DNA of 43,696 nucleotides, taken from IMG/VR virus record IMGVR_UViG_2870490042_000005. One strand, written 5' to 3'. Both the position numbers and the translations under genes were made by a program. This stretch comes from a virus (lineage: Duplodnaviria > Heunggongvirae > Uroviricota > Caudoviricetes). The notes below the pieces were generated by a model. It was given only the letters and a program-made list of their open reading frames with translations, did no database searches and had not been told where the DNA came from. Positions 25,646 to 34,264 of this stretch are shown here, piece after piece. Each line of letters opens with the position of its first letter. Position 1 is the stretch's first letter.

Positions 25646-25879
25646 ATGTCAACGAAGAACAGAACCCGCAGAACAACAACCCGCAACATCCGCTTTCCTA
25701 ACCAAATGATTGAACAAATTAACATCGCTCTTGATCAAAAAGGGTCCGGGAATTTCTCAGCCTGGGTCATTGAAGCCTGCCGCCGGAGACTGTGCTCAGA
25801 AAAAAGAGTTTCTCCTGAAGCAAACAAAGAAAAGAGTGACATTACTGAATTGCTCAGAAAACAGATCAGACCAGATTGA
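25646..25879 (+). CDS. Small YlcI-like protein (DUF3950-type), moron
   Basis: 77 aa, MSTKNRTRRTTTRNIRFPNQMIEQINIALDQKGSGNFSAWVIEACRRRL, resembles DLP12 YlcI from memory. Confidence 0.6.
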   Translation: MSTKNRTRRTTTRNIRFPNQMIEQINIALDQKGSGNFSAWVIEACRRRLCSEKRVSPEANKEKSDITELLRKQIRPD

Positions 25880-25920
25880 AGCAATTTAGATAATCGTGCA
25901 GACTACGCCCCTCATATCAC

Positions 25921-26346
25921 ATGGAAGGTACTACAATGGCTCAGGTTGCCATTTTTAAACAAATATTCGATAAAGTGCGAAATAATTTAAACTATCACTG
26001 GTTTTATTCTGAACTAAAACGTCACAATGTCTCACATTACATTTACTATTTAGCCACAGAGAATATTCATCTTGTTCTTGAAAACGATAATACGGTTTTA
26101 ATAAAAGGACAGGGTAAGGTTGTAAATGTAAGATTTTCAAAAAATAAATGCCTTATAGAAGCCACATTAAAAGGATTCAAATCAGGAGAGTTATCATTTT
26201 ACGAATACAGGAAAAATCTTGCTACAGCAGGGGTTTTCAGATGGATTACAAATATCCACGAAAACAAAAGGTATTACTATACCTTTGATAATTCATTACT
26301 CTTTACTGAGAACATTCAGAACACTACACAAATATTTCCGCACTAA
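25921..26346 (+). CDS. YbcV-like protein (DUF1398), moron
   Basis: 141 aa with …[28 protein letters not shown]…[15 protein letters not shown]…, resembles DLP12 YbcV from memory; AT-rich. Confidence 0.65.
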   Translation: MEGTTMAQVAIFKQIFDKVRNNLNYHWFYSELKRHNVSHYIYYLATENIHLVLENDNTVLIKGQGKVVNVRFSKNKCLIEATLKGFKSGELSFYEYRKNLATAGVFRWITNIHENKRYYYTFDNSLLFTENIQNTTQIFPH

Positions 26347-26836
26347 ATCATAACGTCCGGTTTCTTCCGCGCCAGAACCGGACTCGCTGGCATGATGAAA
26401 TATGTGTACCCGGTAACCCCGGTGTGCATCGTTTTTGATTATTCCCGCACACTCGCGCAGAAGGAGTTCCCCGTCGGGCTACGGTCTCTGTTAATACGGG
26501 AATACGGCGACGATACAGCGCATGATGTGTCAGGCTTGAATACCTTTATCCTTTAAAAGGGATATCAGTTAAGTTATCCCGTGTAGGGTATAAGCCATTA
26601 TCAAAGCCACTCTGTAGGAAGTGCTTTTGTAATGGCAATAAAAAGCCCCGCGAATGCGAGGCTAAATCCTGGTATTTGTAATGACTGGCTCTTATCTCAA
26701 CGCAGCCCCTTACCGCGCGCAAAATGCTCAATATCAAGCATCAGCAATGAGATGTTTAATCTGGATTCACTCCAGAAGTGAGCACCACCCTGTCTACAGA
26801 GCCAGATGTGAAGGATGATGAGTAAAATTATCGCTA

Positions 26837-27274
26837 TCATCGAAGGCATTGCGTCCTGATGTACTCCTGCAGGTAGTTAACCTGCGCGGTTATCCTGTCG
26901 ATTCCACTTCGGAGACGGTAATAATTGAGTTCAGCATCTGCTGTAAGTCTTGGGCTTTCTCCATCGCCCATGCTGCTGGCTCCGGTCTTTGACTTTGCAC
27001 ATGAGGCGGCGACTTGCAGCCGCTTACGCCCAGCAGAAACATCATCACGGAGACTTTCGATAGTCGCGTTAGCATCAGCAAGCTCCTTTGTATATCTGGC
27101 GTCGAGTTCTGCTACGTCACGTTGACGCTTCTGCATGTCAGCGATGATGGATGTGGCTTTGTCGCGCTGGGCTTTGTAGGCGATGGCGTTATCACGGTAA
27201 TGATTAACAGCCCATAACAGGCAGACGATGATGCAGATAACCAGAGCGGAGATAATCGCGGTTACTCTGCTCAT
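26837..27274 (-). CDS. Rz: Spanin inner-membrane subunit Rz
   Basis: 145 aa, lambda Rz-like ([19 protein letters not shown]…). Confidence 0.9.
   Translation of the reverse strand: MSRVTAIISALVICIIVCLLWAVNHYRDNAIAYKAQRDKATSIIADMQKRQRDVAELDARYTKELADANATIESLRDDVSAGRKRLQVAASCAKSKTGASSMGDGESPRLTADAELNYYRLRSGIDRITAQVNYLQEYIRTQCLR
26890..27081 (-). CDS. Rz1: Spanin outer-membrane lipoprotein Rz1, embedded in Rz in an alternate frame
   Basis: 63 aa with lipobox LLGVSGC and proline-rich tail; wholly inside Rz. Confidence 0.7.
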   Translation of the reverse strand: MLMLTRLSKVSVMMFLLGVSGCKSPPHVQSQRPEPAAWAMEKAQDLQQMLNSIITVSEVESTG

Positions 27275-27747
27275 ACCTCAATCTCTCTGACTGTTCCGCC
27301 AGCTTCTTTGAATTTTGCAATCAGGCTGTCAGCCTTATGCTCGAACTGGCCATAACCAGCCCCGGGCAATGAAGCCCAGATATTGCTGCAACGGTCGATT
27401 GCCTGACGAATATCACCGCGGTCAATCATCGGTAAAGCGCCACGCTCTTTAATCTGCTGCAGAGCTACAACGTCCTGGCTTTCTGGAGAAAAATCTTTCA
27501 GGCCAAGCTGTTTACGGTAAGCATCCCACCAGCGTGAAAGAAGCTGGTAACGTCCGGCGGCTGTTGACTTGAGTTTCGGGTTTAGCGTGACAAGTTTGCG
27601 AGGGTGATCGGAGTAATCAGTGAAGAGTTCACCACCAACAATAACGTCATAACCGTGGTTACGTGTCGGTTGTCGTCCGTTATCCGTTCCTTCTGACCAA
27701 GCCACCATATCGAGGAAAGCTTTACGCTGGGAATTTAGTACCTGCAT
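27271..27747 (-). CDS. R: Endolysin R (lytic transglycosylase)
   Basis: 158 aa, near-identical to lambda R (…[22 protein letters not shown]…). Confidence 0.95.
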   Translation of the reverse strand: MQVLNSQRKAFLDMVAWSEGTDNGRQPTRNHGYDVIVGGELFTDYSDHPRKLVTLNPKLKSTAAGRYQLLSRWWDAYRKQLGLKDFSPESQDVVALQQIKERGALPMIDRGDIRQAIDRCSNIWASLPGAGYGQFEHKADSLIAKFKEAGGTVREIEV

Positions 27748-27750
27748 AAA

Positions 27751-28077
27751 TTACTCCTTAGAGCCACCAAATTTGTTACCGATTACTCGCATTGCAGCCC
27801 CACGAATAGCATCGACACCGATCAGCCCCACCCCACCACCAATGGCAACAGATAGTGATTTAGGCCATCCGACATACTCAAGAGCGGATGCAAAAGTCAG
27901 CGTCAGAGCGCCACAGAGTAGAATTTCGAGTGTTTTTCGCTTCCAGCCGCCACCACCGCCAAAATAGGCAATACGTAAACCAGCCATAACAATCGACATA
28001 ATCACTGCGCCCAGCGGTGTGTCTCCACGCCACCAGCTCTGGACCAACTCCAGCCAGGTATTTGGGTTATGAGGCAT
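27751..28077 (-). CDS. S: Holin S (class I)
   Basis: 108 aa with transmembrane segments, C-terminus resembling lambda S. Confidence 0.8.
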   Translation of the reverse strand: MPHNPNTWLELVQSWWRGDTPLGAVIMSIVMAGLRIAYFGGGGGWKRKTLEILLCGALTLTFASALEYVGWPKSLSVAIGGGVGLIGVDAIRGAAMRVIGNKFGGSKE

Positions 28078-28217
28078 TTGTAGTTATCTCTCACCTCGCC
28101 AATACAGGAGGTGCAAATTGAGGGAACATCATGTACCGCAAATCAGAAGCGGAAACGTAAAAGAGGCCGAGCCAATGGATAACTGCGGTATAGACCAGGC
28201 TCAACAAATAGCCGGGG

Positions 28218-28250
28218 CCAGAAACGACAAACCCGCTCGACGGCGGGTTT
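28218..28250 (-). terminator. Terminator-like hairpin upstream of S (possible tR'-type)
   Basis: Stem aaacccgc/gcgggttt, T-rich tail on minus strand; assignment is inference. Confidence 0.35.
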
Positions 28251-28477
28251 AAGCTGTGTGGCGAAGTGACCACTCTTAACACGATACAATAGTTTTTGCG
28301 TACGCGTTAGCATTTTTGATGGAAGTTAATGGTTGTTAATCTTATACTCAGTAAACAAAATTTATGCCGCCTTGAGCATGATGCGACATGAGGCACATGT
28401 TTGGATCTTCCTCGAAGATTCGTGCGGTAGCTATGCTCAAAATCCAATCAGCTCATAAAACATACTATGGGTTTTAA

Positions 28478-29227
28478 ATGCTCATTCCAACATCTCTATC
28501 AAAACAACCAGTAATCGAAGCTGCTTTCGAAATGCGTTTTTCTAAAGAAACACAAATATCGGAAATAGTTCCAGGGTTTCTTTTTCACGCTCTAGGTTGT
28601 ACAAAACCAGTAATTAGTTTACCACCCAGTCAAATACCTAAAAATGTTCGTGAGGGAGATGAACAATTACATTACGCAGTTGTCAGTCGCCTCGAAATCG
28701 AAGGGTACTATATTGGACTAAGTGACCATGGTGTTGTTGTATCCACCAGCACCAAATATCAAGGGTGGAGTCATTTTAGAGAAAAAATCATTCATGTATT
28801 AAATGAGCTTAACAAATTAAATTTAAATGACAACATCATCCGCTACTCATTAAAGTATGTAGATTTTTTCCCAAAAGAAGACGATTCTAATTTATTTGAT
28901 AAGCTAAACGTCAGCTTAAATATGGCTGGCGAGTCTATGTCTAATTATCCGATCAATATCAGAATCGATAAAAATGAAGGCGCATTTCTAAATATAATTC
29001 AAATATTATCTCATGCTTTAGTCATGTCAGATAATGGAGAATTTAATAAAAAAGGACTAATCCTAGACATAGACAGCATTAGGCAAATCACTAATACTGA
29101 TGAAATAGATAAGTTTAAAAACGAACCAAAAAAAATTCTTGATGATCTTCACTCCTGTAATAAATTAGCTTTCTTTAGTTGCCTTAAAGAGTCAACAATT
29201 CAAGAACTAGAACCATCCTACAAATAG
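28478..29227 (+). CDS. Cassette ORF-A, hypothetical protein (249 aa)
   Basis: Long ORF in AT-rich DNA on strand opposite to late operon; no recognised catalytic motif; N-terminus KQPVIEAAFEMRF. Confidence 0.6.
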   Translation: MLIPTSLSKQPVIEAAFEMRFSKETQISEIVPGFLFHALGCTKPVISLPPSQIPKNVREGDEQLHYAVVSRLEIEGYYIGLSDHGVVVSTSTKYQGWSHFREKIIHVLNELNKLNLNDNIIRYSLKYVDFFPKEDDSNLFDKLNVSLNMAGESMSNYPINIRIDKNEGAFLNIIQILSHALVMSDNGEFNKKGLILDIDSIRQITNTDEIDKFKNEPKKILDDLHSCNKLAFFSCLKESTIQELEPSYK

Positions 29228-29242
29228 AAATGGTGGTATGAT

Positions 29243-29587
29243 ATGTATCCGTCTCATCATGTTTATCGAGCTCAACTTCAAGTATTAACTTTGGTTTTAT
29301 ATGGTCTGCATATAACTGCATTAACAGACATTGCCCAAAATCAACAGCATGGTCCTCAACAAAGTTTAATCGTCAAAAATCACGCTTTGGAGTATAAGTC
29401 TTCAACTACCGATTCAGTTCATTCCATCACACAAACATATAAAGCAGGGAGCACAATCTCAGTTGATCAAAGACTTGCAGTCTCGATGACAAACTTTTAT
29501 GAAAAATTATCGACAAACCAGGTGTCTTTAGGCAGTGAAATAAATAAAGTCGTTCATGCTTCACTGTGGGATTTATACTTGGATTAA
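29243..29587 (+). CDS. Cassette ORF-B, hypothetical protein (114 aa)
   Basis: ATG preceded by ggtggt RBS-like motif; same frame as ORF-A, separated by TAG plus 5 codons. Confidence 0.5.
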   Translation: MYPSHHVYRAQLQVLTLVLYGLHITALTDIAQNQQHGPQQSLIVKNHALEYKSSTTDSVHSITQTYKAGSTISVDQRLAVSMTNFYEKLSTNQVSLGSEINKVVHASLWDLYLD

Positions 29588-30205
29588 GTGATGAGTAATA
29601 ACATTTTTGATATCGAGAAATTCAAAGATCAAATTCCATATTATTTAACAGCTCATCAAAAAGAAGGGCTAATAAATGCACTTAGAGATTTCCCTGAAAA
29701 CACTAACTACTACCTTAGCAATTATCATGATGATCTGAAAAATGCTGCACTTCAGGGAGATATATTTAAGGAGCTTACAGTATATTCAATTAAAGGGACT
29801 AAAAAAACACGAGGCATTATATTAAGCAACAGTTGCGATATAGATACAAGTAATAATCGTGATGTGCCAATGCGTGCAGTCTTTGCTCCGTTAGTAAGTT
29901 TATCTAAGTTCGAAGCTATTCTTCTCTCCAACGGAGTTTCTAAGACTTCAATAGATAGCAAAATTGATGCTATAAGGAAGCAGTTAATTACTAATATTTT
30001 TTATCTTCCTGAATCAGACAACTTAGAAGAATGCATCGTTTTTCTTGATGATGTATACCAATTACCAACGGAAGAATTACAAAAACTCTTGAATGATAAA
30101 TGCAAAGCCATAACTTTAAGTCAAGTTGGTTTCTACATTTTACTATTCAAAATATCTATTCACTTTTGTAGATTCCATGAAAACATACAACGATTCGATC
30201 ATTAA
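29588..30205 (+). CDS. Cassette ORF-C, hypothetical protein (205 aa)
   Basis: GTG-ATG immediately after ORF-B TAA stop, same frame; terminator follows. Confidence 0.55.
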   Translation: MMSNNIFDIEKFKDQIPYYLTAHQKEGLINALRDFPENTNYYLSNYHDDLKNAALQGDIFKELTVYSIKGTKKTRGIILSNSCDIDTSNNRDVPMRAVFAPLVSLSKFEAILLSNGVSKTSIDSKIDAIRKQLITNIFYLPESDNLEECIVFLDDVYQLPTEELQKLLNDKCKAITLSQVGFYILLFKISIHFCRFHENIQRFDH

Positions 30206-30232
30206 GGCGGTACTACCGCCTTTTATTATTTT
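30204..30232 (+). terminator. Rho-independent terminator ending the plus-strand cassette
   Basis: Stem aaggcggta/taccgcctt followed by ttattatttt. Confidence 0.65.
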
Positions 30233-30590
30233 ACACAAGTATACTTACAACCCCCTCTATAAAACCGATTGCGGTTTGCAACTCCTTCCTAATAGTGCCA
30301 TCAGAGCACCTTCTCCTTTTGGCAATAGTGCGTAATGAGATACCAATAACAAAGTGGGCTATGATGAGCTCATATTCCTCTGGTTTATACTTTCTCAACC
30401 GAGCCACACAACTGTCTATCATAATGCCTTCGTCATCATCACACTGAATCCGTGACTTTTTGCCATGAGGTAAAAGCCCCTTGAAGCCTGCTGCTACCGG
30501 CTGCCAGTCCACACCACTGTTGTCTGCTGCAGCCCATGCTCCCCAGCGGTCCAATACTTCATACATATCACGCATCAACTTACCCCACAA
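30231..30590 (-). CDS. Q: Late gene antiterminator Q (Phage_antitermQ type, not lambda Q)
   Basis: …MRDMYEVLDRWGAWAAADNSGVDWQ…GFKGLL… matches the antitermination Q family from memory; true start may be ATG at 30575. Confidence 0.75.
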   Translation of the reverse strand: MWGKLMRDMYEVLDRWGAWAAADNSGVDWQPVAAGFKGLLPHGKKSRIQCDDDEGIMIDSCVARLRKYKPEEYELIIAHFVIGISLRTIAKRRRCSDGTIRKELQTAIGFIEGVVSILV

Positions 30591-30593
30591 AAA

Positions 30594-31589
30594 TCAGGCC
30601 AGCACGCCAATTGCCAGCGCACGATCGATAAAACGAAATATCAGCTCCAGCTGGGAACCATACTTCTCTTCAAATGCCACGGTATCCGCATGCAGCTCGT
30701 CGTGATGCTTTCTGCACAAAGGCAACACAAAAAGGTCATGCGCTTTTGTTCCCATTCCACCCTGACCGTGACCTATCAGGTGGTGGGGATCATCAGCGGG
30801 CTTTCCACAACATGCACACGGTTGTGTCTTAACCCAGCGCGTGTACTTTTCATTAACCCAGCGGCGACGTTTTGGGCGTAACATAAAAGACTCCGGCGAC
30901 TCCGGATCCACTTTCAGCGCCAGCACCTTTTTCGCTTTATCCTGGATGATGCTGGTGGCAGGAACAGAAGGAACAAGGTCACTTTCCCGGGTGACAGACG
31001 GCACAACAGGCTTCGGTAATCTCAGTGCCTTACGGGCTGCACTTTCCGGCAAGGCATCCGCCAGGTCATTACGAACCAGCCACCAGCACAGTTCCGGCAT
31101 TGTCACAACGTGACTGTCATCAAAACCGAGATCCCGACGCACGACAGACAACACCCAGCGGGCACAGTTATCCGTTGCCATTGATTCCAGCCGTTCCGTG
31201 AACTGGTCACGCAGCTGGTTATCACAGTGCCAGCACAGACGGATTGCGCCCGGAGCGTGCCGCATTGTGGTCATGTTCTCGCTGTGCCAGTCGGAATGAG
31301 GCCACTGACAGCCCTTTTCACGAAGTAACCAGCTTTCAAGACATTCCACGCCACCAGCACGACGGATCACTGCCTCATTGCGGAACACGGCCCGAACGGC
31401 AGGATCATCCGCCAGCGGTTGTGATGCCGCCGGAACGGCACCACTGGCGAAAGATGAATAACGTTCCGGCTCAGGCTCCAGCAGGACACGCCCCTGCATA
31501 AACAGGGGCATCAGCTCTGAACCTGGCCTGAACAATACGATCCCCATACGCGGGGCAATTTCAGGGGTCAGTAGTGCTCTCACGGTCAC
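30594..31589 (-). CDS. DUF968-type protein with C-terminal HNH-like motif
   Basis: 331 aa; C-terminus …HHLIGHGQGGMGTKAHDLFVLPLCRKHHDELH; start codon uncertain. Confidence 0.6.
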   Translation of the reverse strand: MTVRALLTPEIAPRMGIVLFRPGSELMPLFMQGRVLLEPEPERYSSFASGAVPAASQPLADDPAVRAVFRNEAVIRRAGGVECLESWLLREKGCQWPHSDWHSENMTTMRHAPGAIRLCWHCDNQLRDQFTERLESMATDNCARWVLSVVRRDLGFDDSHVVTMPELCWWLVRNDLADALPESAARKALRLPKPVVPSVTRESDLVPSVPATSIIQDKAKKVLALKVDPESPESFMLRPKRRRWVNEKYTRWVKTQPCACCGKPADDPHHLIGHGQGGMGTKAHDLFVLPLCRKHHDELHADTVAFEEKYGSQLELIFRFIDRALAIGVLA

Positions 31590-31590
31590 C

Positions 31591-32388
31591 TCAATGAACG
31601 GTATCGAGCAGCTTTAACAGCTCAGGGAATCGGGATTCGAAGAAATGCGGCTGCGTCTCGCGCGGATTTGCAGGACTGGTGATGTTCTTGCCGAACATGC
31701 AGCCTTTCGCTGGCAGCGACCAGAATTTTTTGATGTTGTTAATCGCGGTACGGCTGTATCGTTCGCGCTGCTCGACGATCCCCAGCTTCACCATCTGGTG
31801 ATATGCCTGATTAGCCGTAAGGCGGATACCATACTGTTTCAGCAGTGCACTCAGCGACAGCGTGGGGCGACTTGAGCCATCAGGCGCGTCAGCAGGAGCA
31901 TCAATGGCATAGCGCGGTGCCAGATTCGGTAAGCCAACAGCCTCCTGAAGCTTCTGACAGGCTCCAAGCACTGATGAGTTAGACAGGTTTAATTCCCTGC
32001 GCATAAAGTCCAGCAGGATCACGCCAGCCTGCATCTTGTCAGCAGCCTGCCCGGATATTTTTTCCGGTGTGCTGGTTACCATATCGAAAGTACGGATCAC
32101 CTTCAGATGGAATGACGGGCTGATCCACATTGCATAGGCATACACCAGTTCTTTGCAGACATACGTCCCCTGGTTATTTCCGCCACGAATAACGTTAACT
32201 GGCTCTATATTGACCGAGTTGCAAATCTGCAACTCGCTTATTAAACGTTCAGTTTGCTCATTGCGGAGCCAGAATGCAGGCTTATGCTTATCCAGAGAAC
32301 CGGCAGCCCTGTGCAGATCGTTCAGGCTGTAACGCCCATAAGCATCACGACGAACTTCAATACCATCAATGACCATCAGATTATTCAT
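31591..32388 (-). CDS. KilA-N domain protein (antirepressor-like)
   Basis: N-terminal …MVIDGIEVRRDAYGRYSLNDLHRAAG… is KilA-N-like; start taken at ATG 32388 with GGAGA upstream. Confidence 0.65.
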   Translation of the reverse strand: MNNLMVIDGIEVRRDAYGRYSLNDLHRAAGSLDKHKPAFWLRNEQTERLISELQICNSVNIEPVNVIRGGNNQGTYVCKELVYAYAMWISPSFHLKVIRTFDMVTSTPEKISGQAADKMQAGVILLDFMRRELNLSNSSVLGACQKLQEAVGLPNLAPRYAIDAPADAPDGSSRPTLSLSALLKQYGIRLTANQAYHQMVKLGIVEQRERYSRTAINNIKKFWSLPAKGCMFGKNITSPANPRETQPHFFESRFPELLKLLDTVH

Positions 32389-32407
32389 ATTTCGTTTCTC
32401 CTCTTGA

Positions 32408-32797
32408 TCAGGCGGCTGCACCCGCCGTTTTCTCGTACTTACTGATAGTGATCTCGACCTTCCCTTCCGGGATAACCGGTCCCCACTCCACCAGCATTCT
32501 TTTCACCTGGCTGTCGTCTTCCCACACACCCGCGTGGGTCAGGGCGTCAAACAGCGCCTTGTTATAGTTGTCCAGATCGCGGATCCGGTTATCCGGAGGA
32601 AACAACACGATCTCCACTGAAGCAGGTGCCGACGTTGGTTTTGGCAGACGACGTAACTGCTCAACTATTGCTGCACACGCCGCGCTCTGGAATTTGCGCC
32701 CCGCCGCGCTTATCAGGCTCTTACCTGCAAACGCCCCTTTGTTGGGGTGTCGCCAGTACGTGTTCACGCTGGGCGGGAAAGGCAGGATCAGCTTCAT
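32408..32797 (-). CDS. rusA: Holliday junction resolvase RusA
   Basis: 129 aa, MKLILPFPPSVNTYWRH…DLDNYNKALFDALTHAGVWEDDSQV, typical RusA. Confidence 0.85.
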   Translation of the reverse strand: MKLILPFPPSVNTYWRHPNKGAFAGKSLISAAGRKFQSAACAAIVEQLRRLPKPTSAPASVEIVLFPPDNRIRDLDNYNKALFDALTHAGVWEDDSQVKRMLVEWGPVIPEGKVEITISKYEKTAGAAA

Positions 32798-33120
32798 ACT
32801 TTCAGACCCCTCTCATGTAACCAGTGGGCTGCACGCAGCCTGGCGTTTTCCTCACCGGCAAGCAGTGAGCGGATAATCCCGACCGCCTCGCTGTCGTCGT
32901 CCTTGACCGCGGTATGAAGCGTTATCCCCCGGGCCACACCACGCTTTATCGTGATGACGCCTTTTTTCTCCAGTGCGCGAAGATGCTCCACCGCTGCATT
33001 CACCGAACGGTATCCCAGCATGGTTGCCACCTCCTGATTGGTTGGCGGGAAGCCACGTTCTTTCTGATAAGAAATCAGCATATCCAGCACCTGCTGCTGA
33101 CATTGAGTTAACGTCGTCAT
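32794..33120 (-). CDS. LexA DNA-binding-domain-like protein lacking peptidase domain
   Basis: 108 aa; …LTQCQQQVLDMLISYQKERGFPPTNQEVATMLGYRSVNAAVEHLRALEKKGVITIKRGVARGI… parallels the LexA N-terminal winged helix. Confidence 0.6.
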   Translation of the reverse strand: MTTLTQCQQQVLDMLISYQKERGFPPTNQEVATMLGYRSVNAAVEHLRALEKKGVITIKRGVARGITLHTAVKDDDSEAVGIIRSLLAGEENARLRAAHWLHERGLKV

Positions 33121-33770
33121 GCCACCATCTCCCTGACCAGTTTTTCTGCCTGCTGGCGAACCTGCGCCAGAAAGGCCTCACCACATGCCTCAAGTTCATC
33201 GCGCCCGATGTAGCTGATTGCCGGTCCCTTCCAGGTCTTGTCGAAAACAGCAATAGCACCAGCGAAGAAAGCTCCTGTCGGCACCTGCTTCTCATCCTTC
33301 GGGATAAACCAGGCAGGCAGTTCAAAACCGATACGCCCGCGAATAAAAGCAATATGATCTGCATCTTCCGGCCACCACACTTCGCTGGTGGCAGCTTTGA
33401 TCAGGAAAACATTGCGCCCACCTTTATCACGCATGGCACTGGCATGCTTCATGATGTAACGCATGCCTGTGATGTATTGCCCCTCATGCTGACTGGCGCG
33501 GCTGTATGGGGGATTACCAAAGGCAGCACCTTTAAGCTCCGCAAGGCGTTCTGACCAGTCATGCGCCAGCGCGTTGTCTTCCGCCGTGTAATACGCAGCA
33601 CATTTGGCGTTATCACCGTCAGTGAACAGATCCAGAACAAACGGGCCAAACAGGGTGTTAATTCCCCAGAAAATGTTGTCCGGCGTGCGCCACTGATCGC
33701 CCACTTCCTTCAGTTCATGGGCTGGTTTGTTCCGCAGTTCCACCAGCGCCTGGCAATATTTATTACTCAT
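33117..33770 (-). CDS. Phage N6-adenine DNA methyltransferase (Dam type)
   Basis: Contains FGNPPYS motif and phage Dam-like N-terminus; start taken at internal ATG overlapping upstream stop. Confidence 0.75.
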   Translation of the reverse strand: MSNKYCQALVELRNKPAHELKEVGDQWRTPDNIFWGINTLFGPFVLDLFTDGDNAKCAAYYTAEDNALAHDWSERLAELKGAAFGNPPYSRASQHEGQYITGMRYIMKHASAMRDKGGRNVFLIKAATSEVWWPEDADHIAFIRGRIGFELPAWFIPKDEKQVPTGAFFAGAIAVFDKTWKGPAISYIGRDELEACGEAFLAQVRQQAEKLVREMVA

Positions 33771-34264
33771 TAAGCCCCCACGTAATTCCCTGACAGATAC
33801 CACTCATCACCCGGTACAGCGCGCTTGCTGCTTTTCCGTAAACACCGCTCACGACGCGCAAGAAAATTGTTTCGCTCTGGCTGGGAGTGGCTTTCACGGA
33901 ATGCCGCCATCCACACCGTTGCAGCACGACGGTATAAGCCCCTGGACTCCAGTTCTTCCGCCTGGCGGGTCAGGCACAAAATCACCCGCGGGTCGTTAGT
34001 GCCGACATAGAAATTGCGCACAGGTCTGGTTTCACGAACTGGTTGTGGTTCCGGATCCTGCGCTCTCTCAGTCAGGCGCGGGAAATGTCTGTGTGTATCT
34101 CCTTCACAACGGTGAGCCACACGCCCACTCTGACGTAACTTGCTTGCTGACTGCAGAACGCGCTGCCGTGAGTAACCTGCAAAAGCATCCGCAATGTCTC
34201 CGGAAGTACAGCCCGGATGGGCTTCAATGAATTTCTGAACGTCATTCAAAAGACTCATGATCAC
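33770..34264 (-). CDS. PerC-like domain protein
   Basis: 164 aa; …AEELESRGLYRRAATVWMAAF… resembles the PerC/Pch motif (LE-x-KGLWRRAA-x-W) from memory. Confidence 0.5.
   Translation of the reverse strand: MIMSLLNDVQKFIEAHPGCTSGDIADAFAGYSRQRVLQSASKLRQSGRVAHRCEGDTHRHFPRLTERAQDPEPQPVRETRPVRNFYVGTNDPRVILCLTRQAEELESRGLYRRAATVWMAAFRESHSQPERNNFLARRERCLRKSSKRAVPGDEWYLSGNYVGA

Noticed and set aside
26546-26737. 63-aa minus-strand ORF in the gap after ybcV-like
   Set aside because: No RBS or homology; region more likely non-coding.
28478-30205. Shiga toxin or other known toxin cargo at the Q-S locus
   Set aside because: None of the three cassette proteins resembles StxA/StxB or any toxin I recognise; no tRNA genes of the kind that accompany stx.
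29243-30205. Calling cassette ORF-B and ORF-C a single gene
   Set aside because: They share a frame across one TAA, but ORF-B has its own RBS-like motif and ORF-C has a GTG-ATG start; kept separate, with the single-gene alternative noted in the findings.
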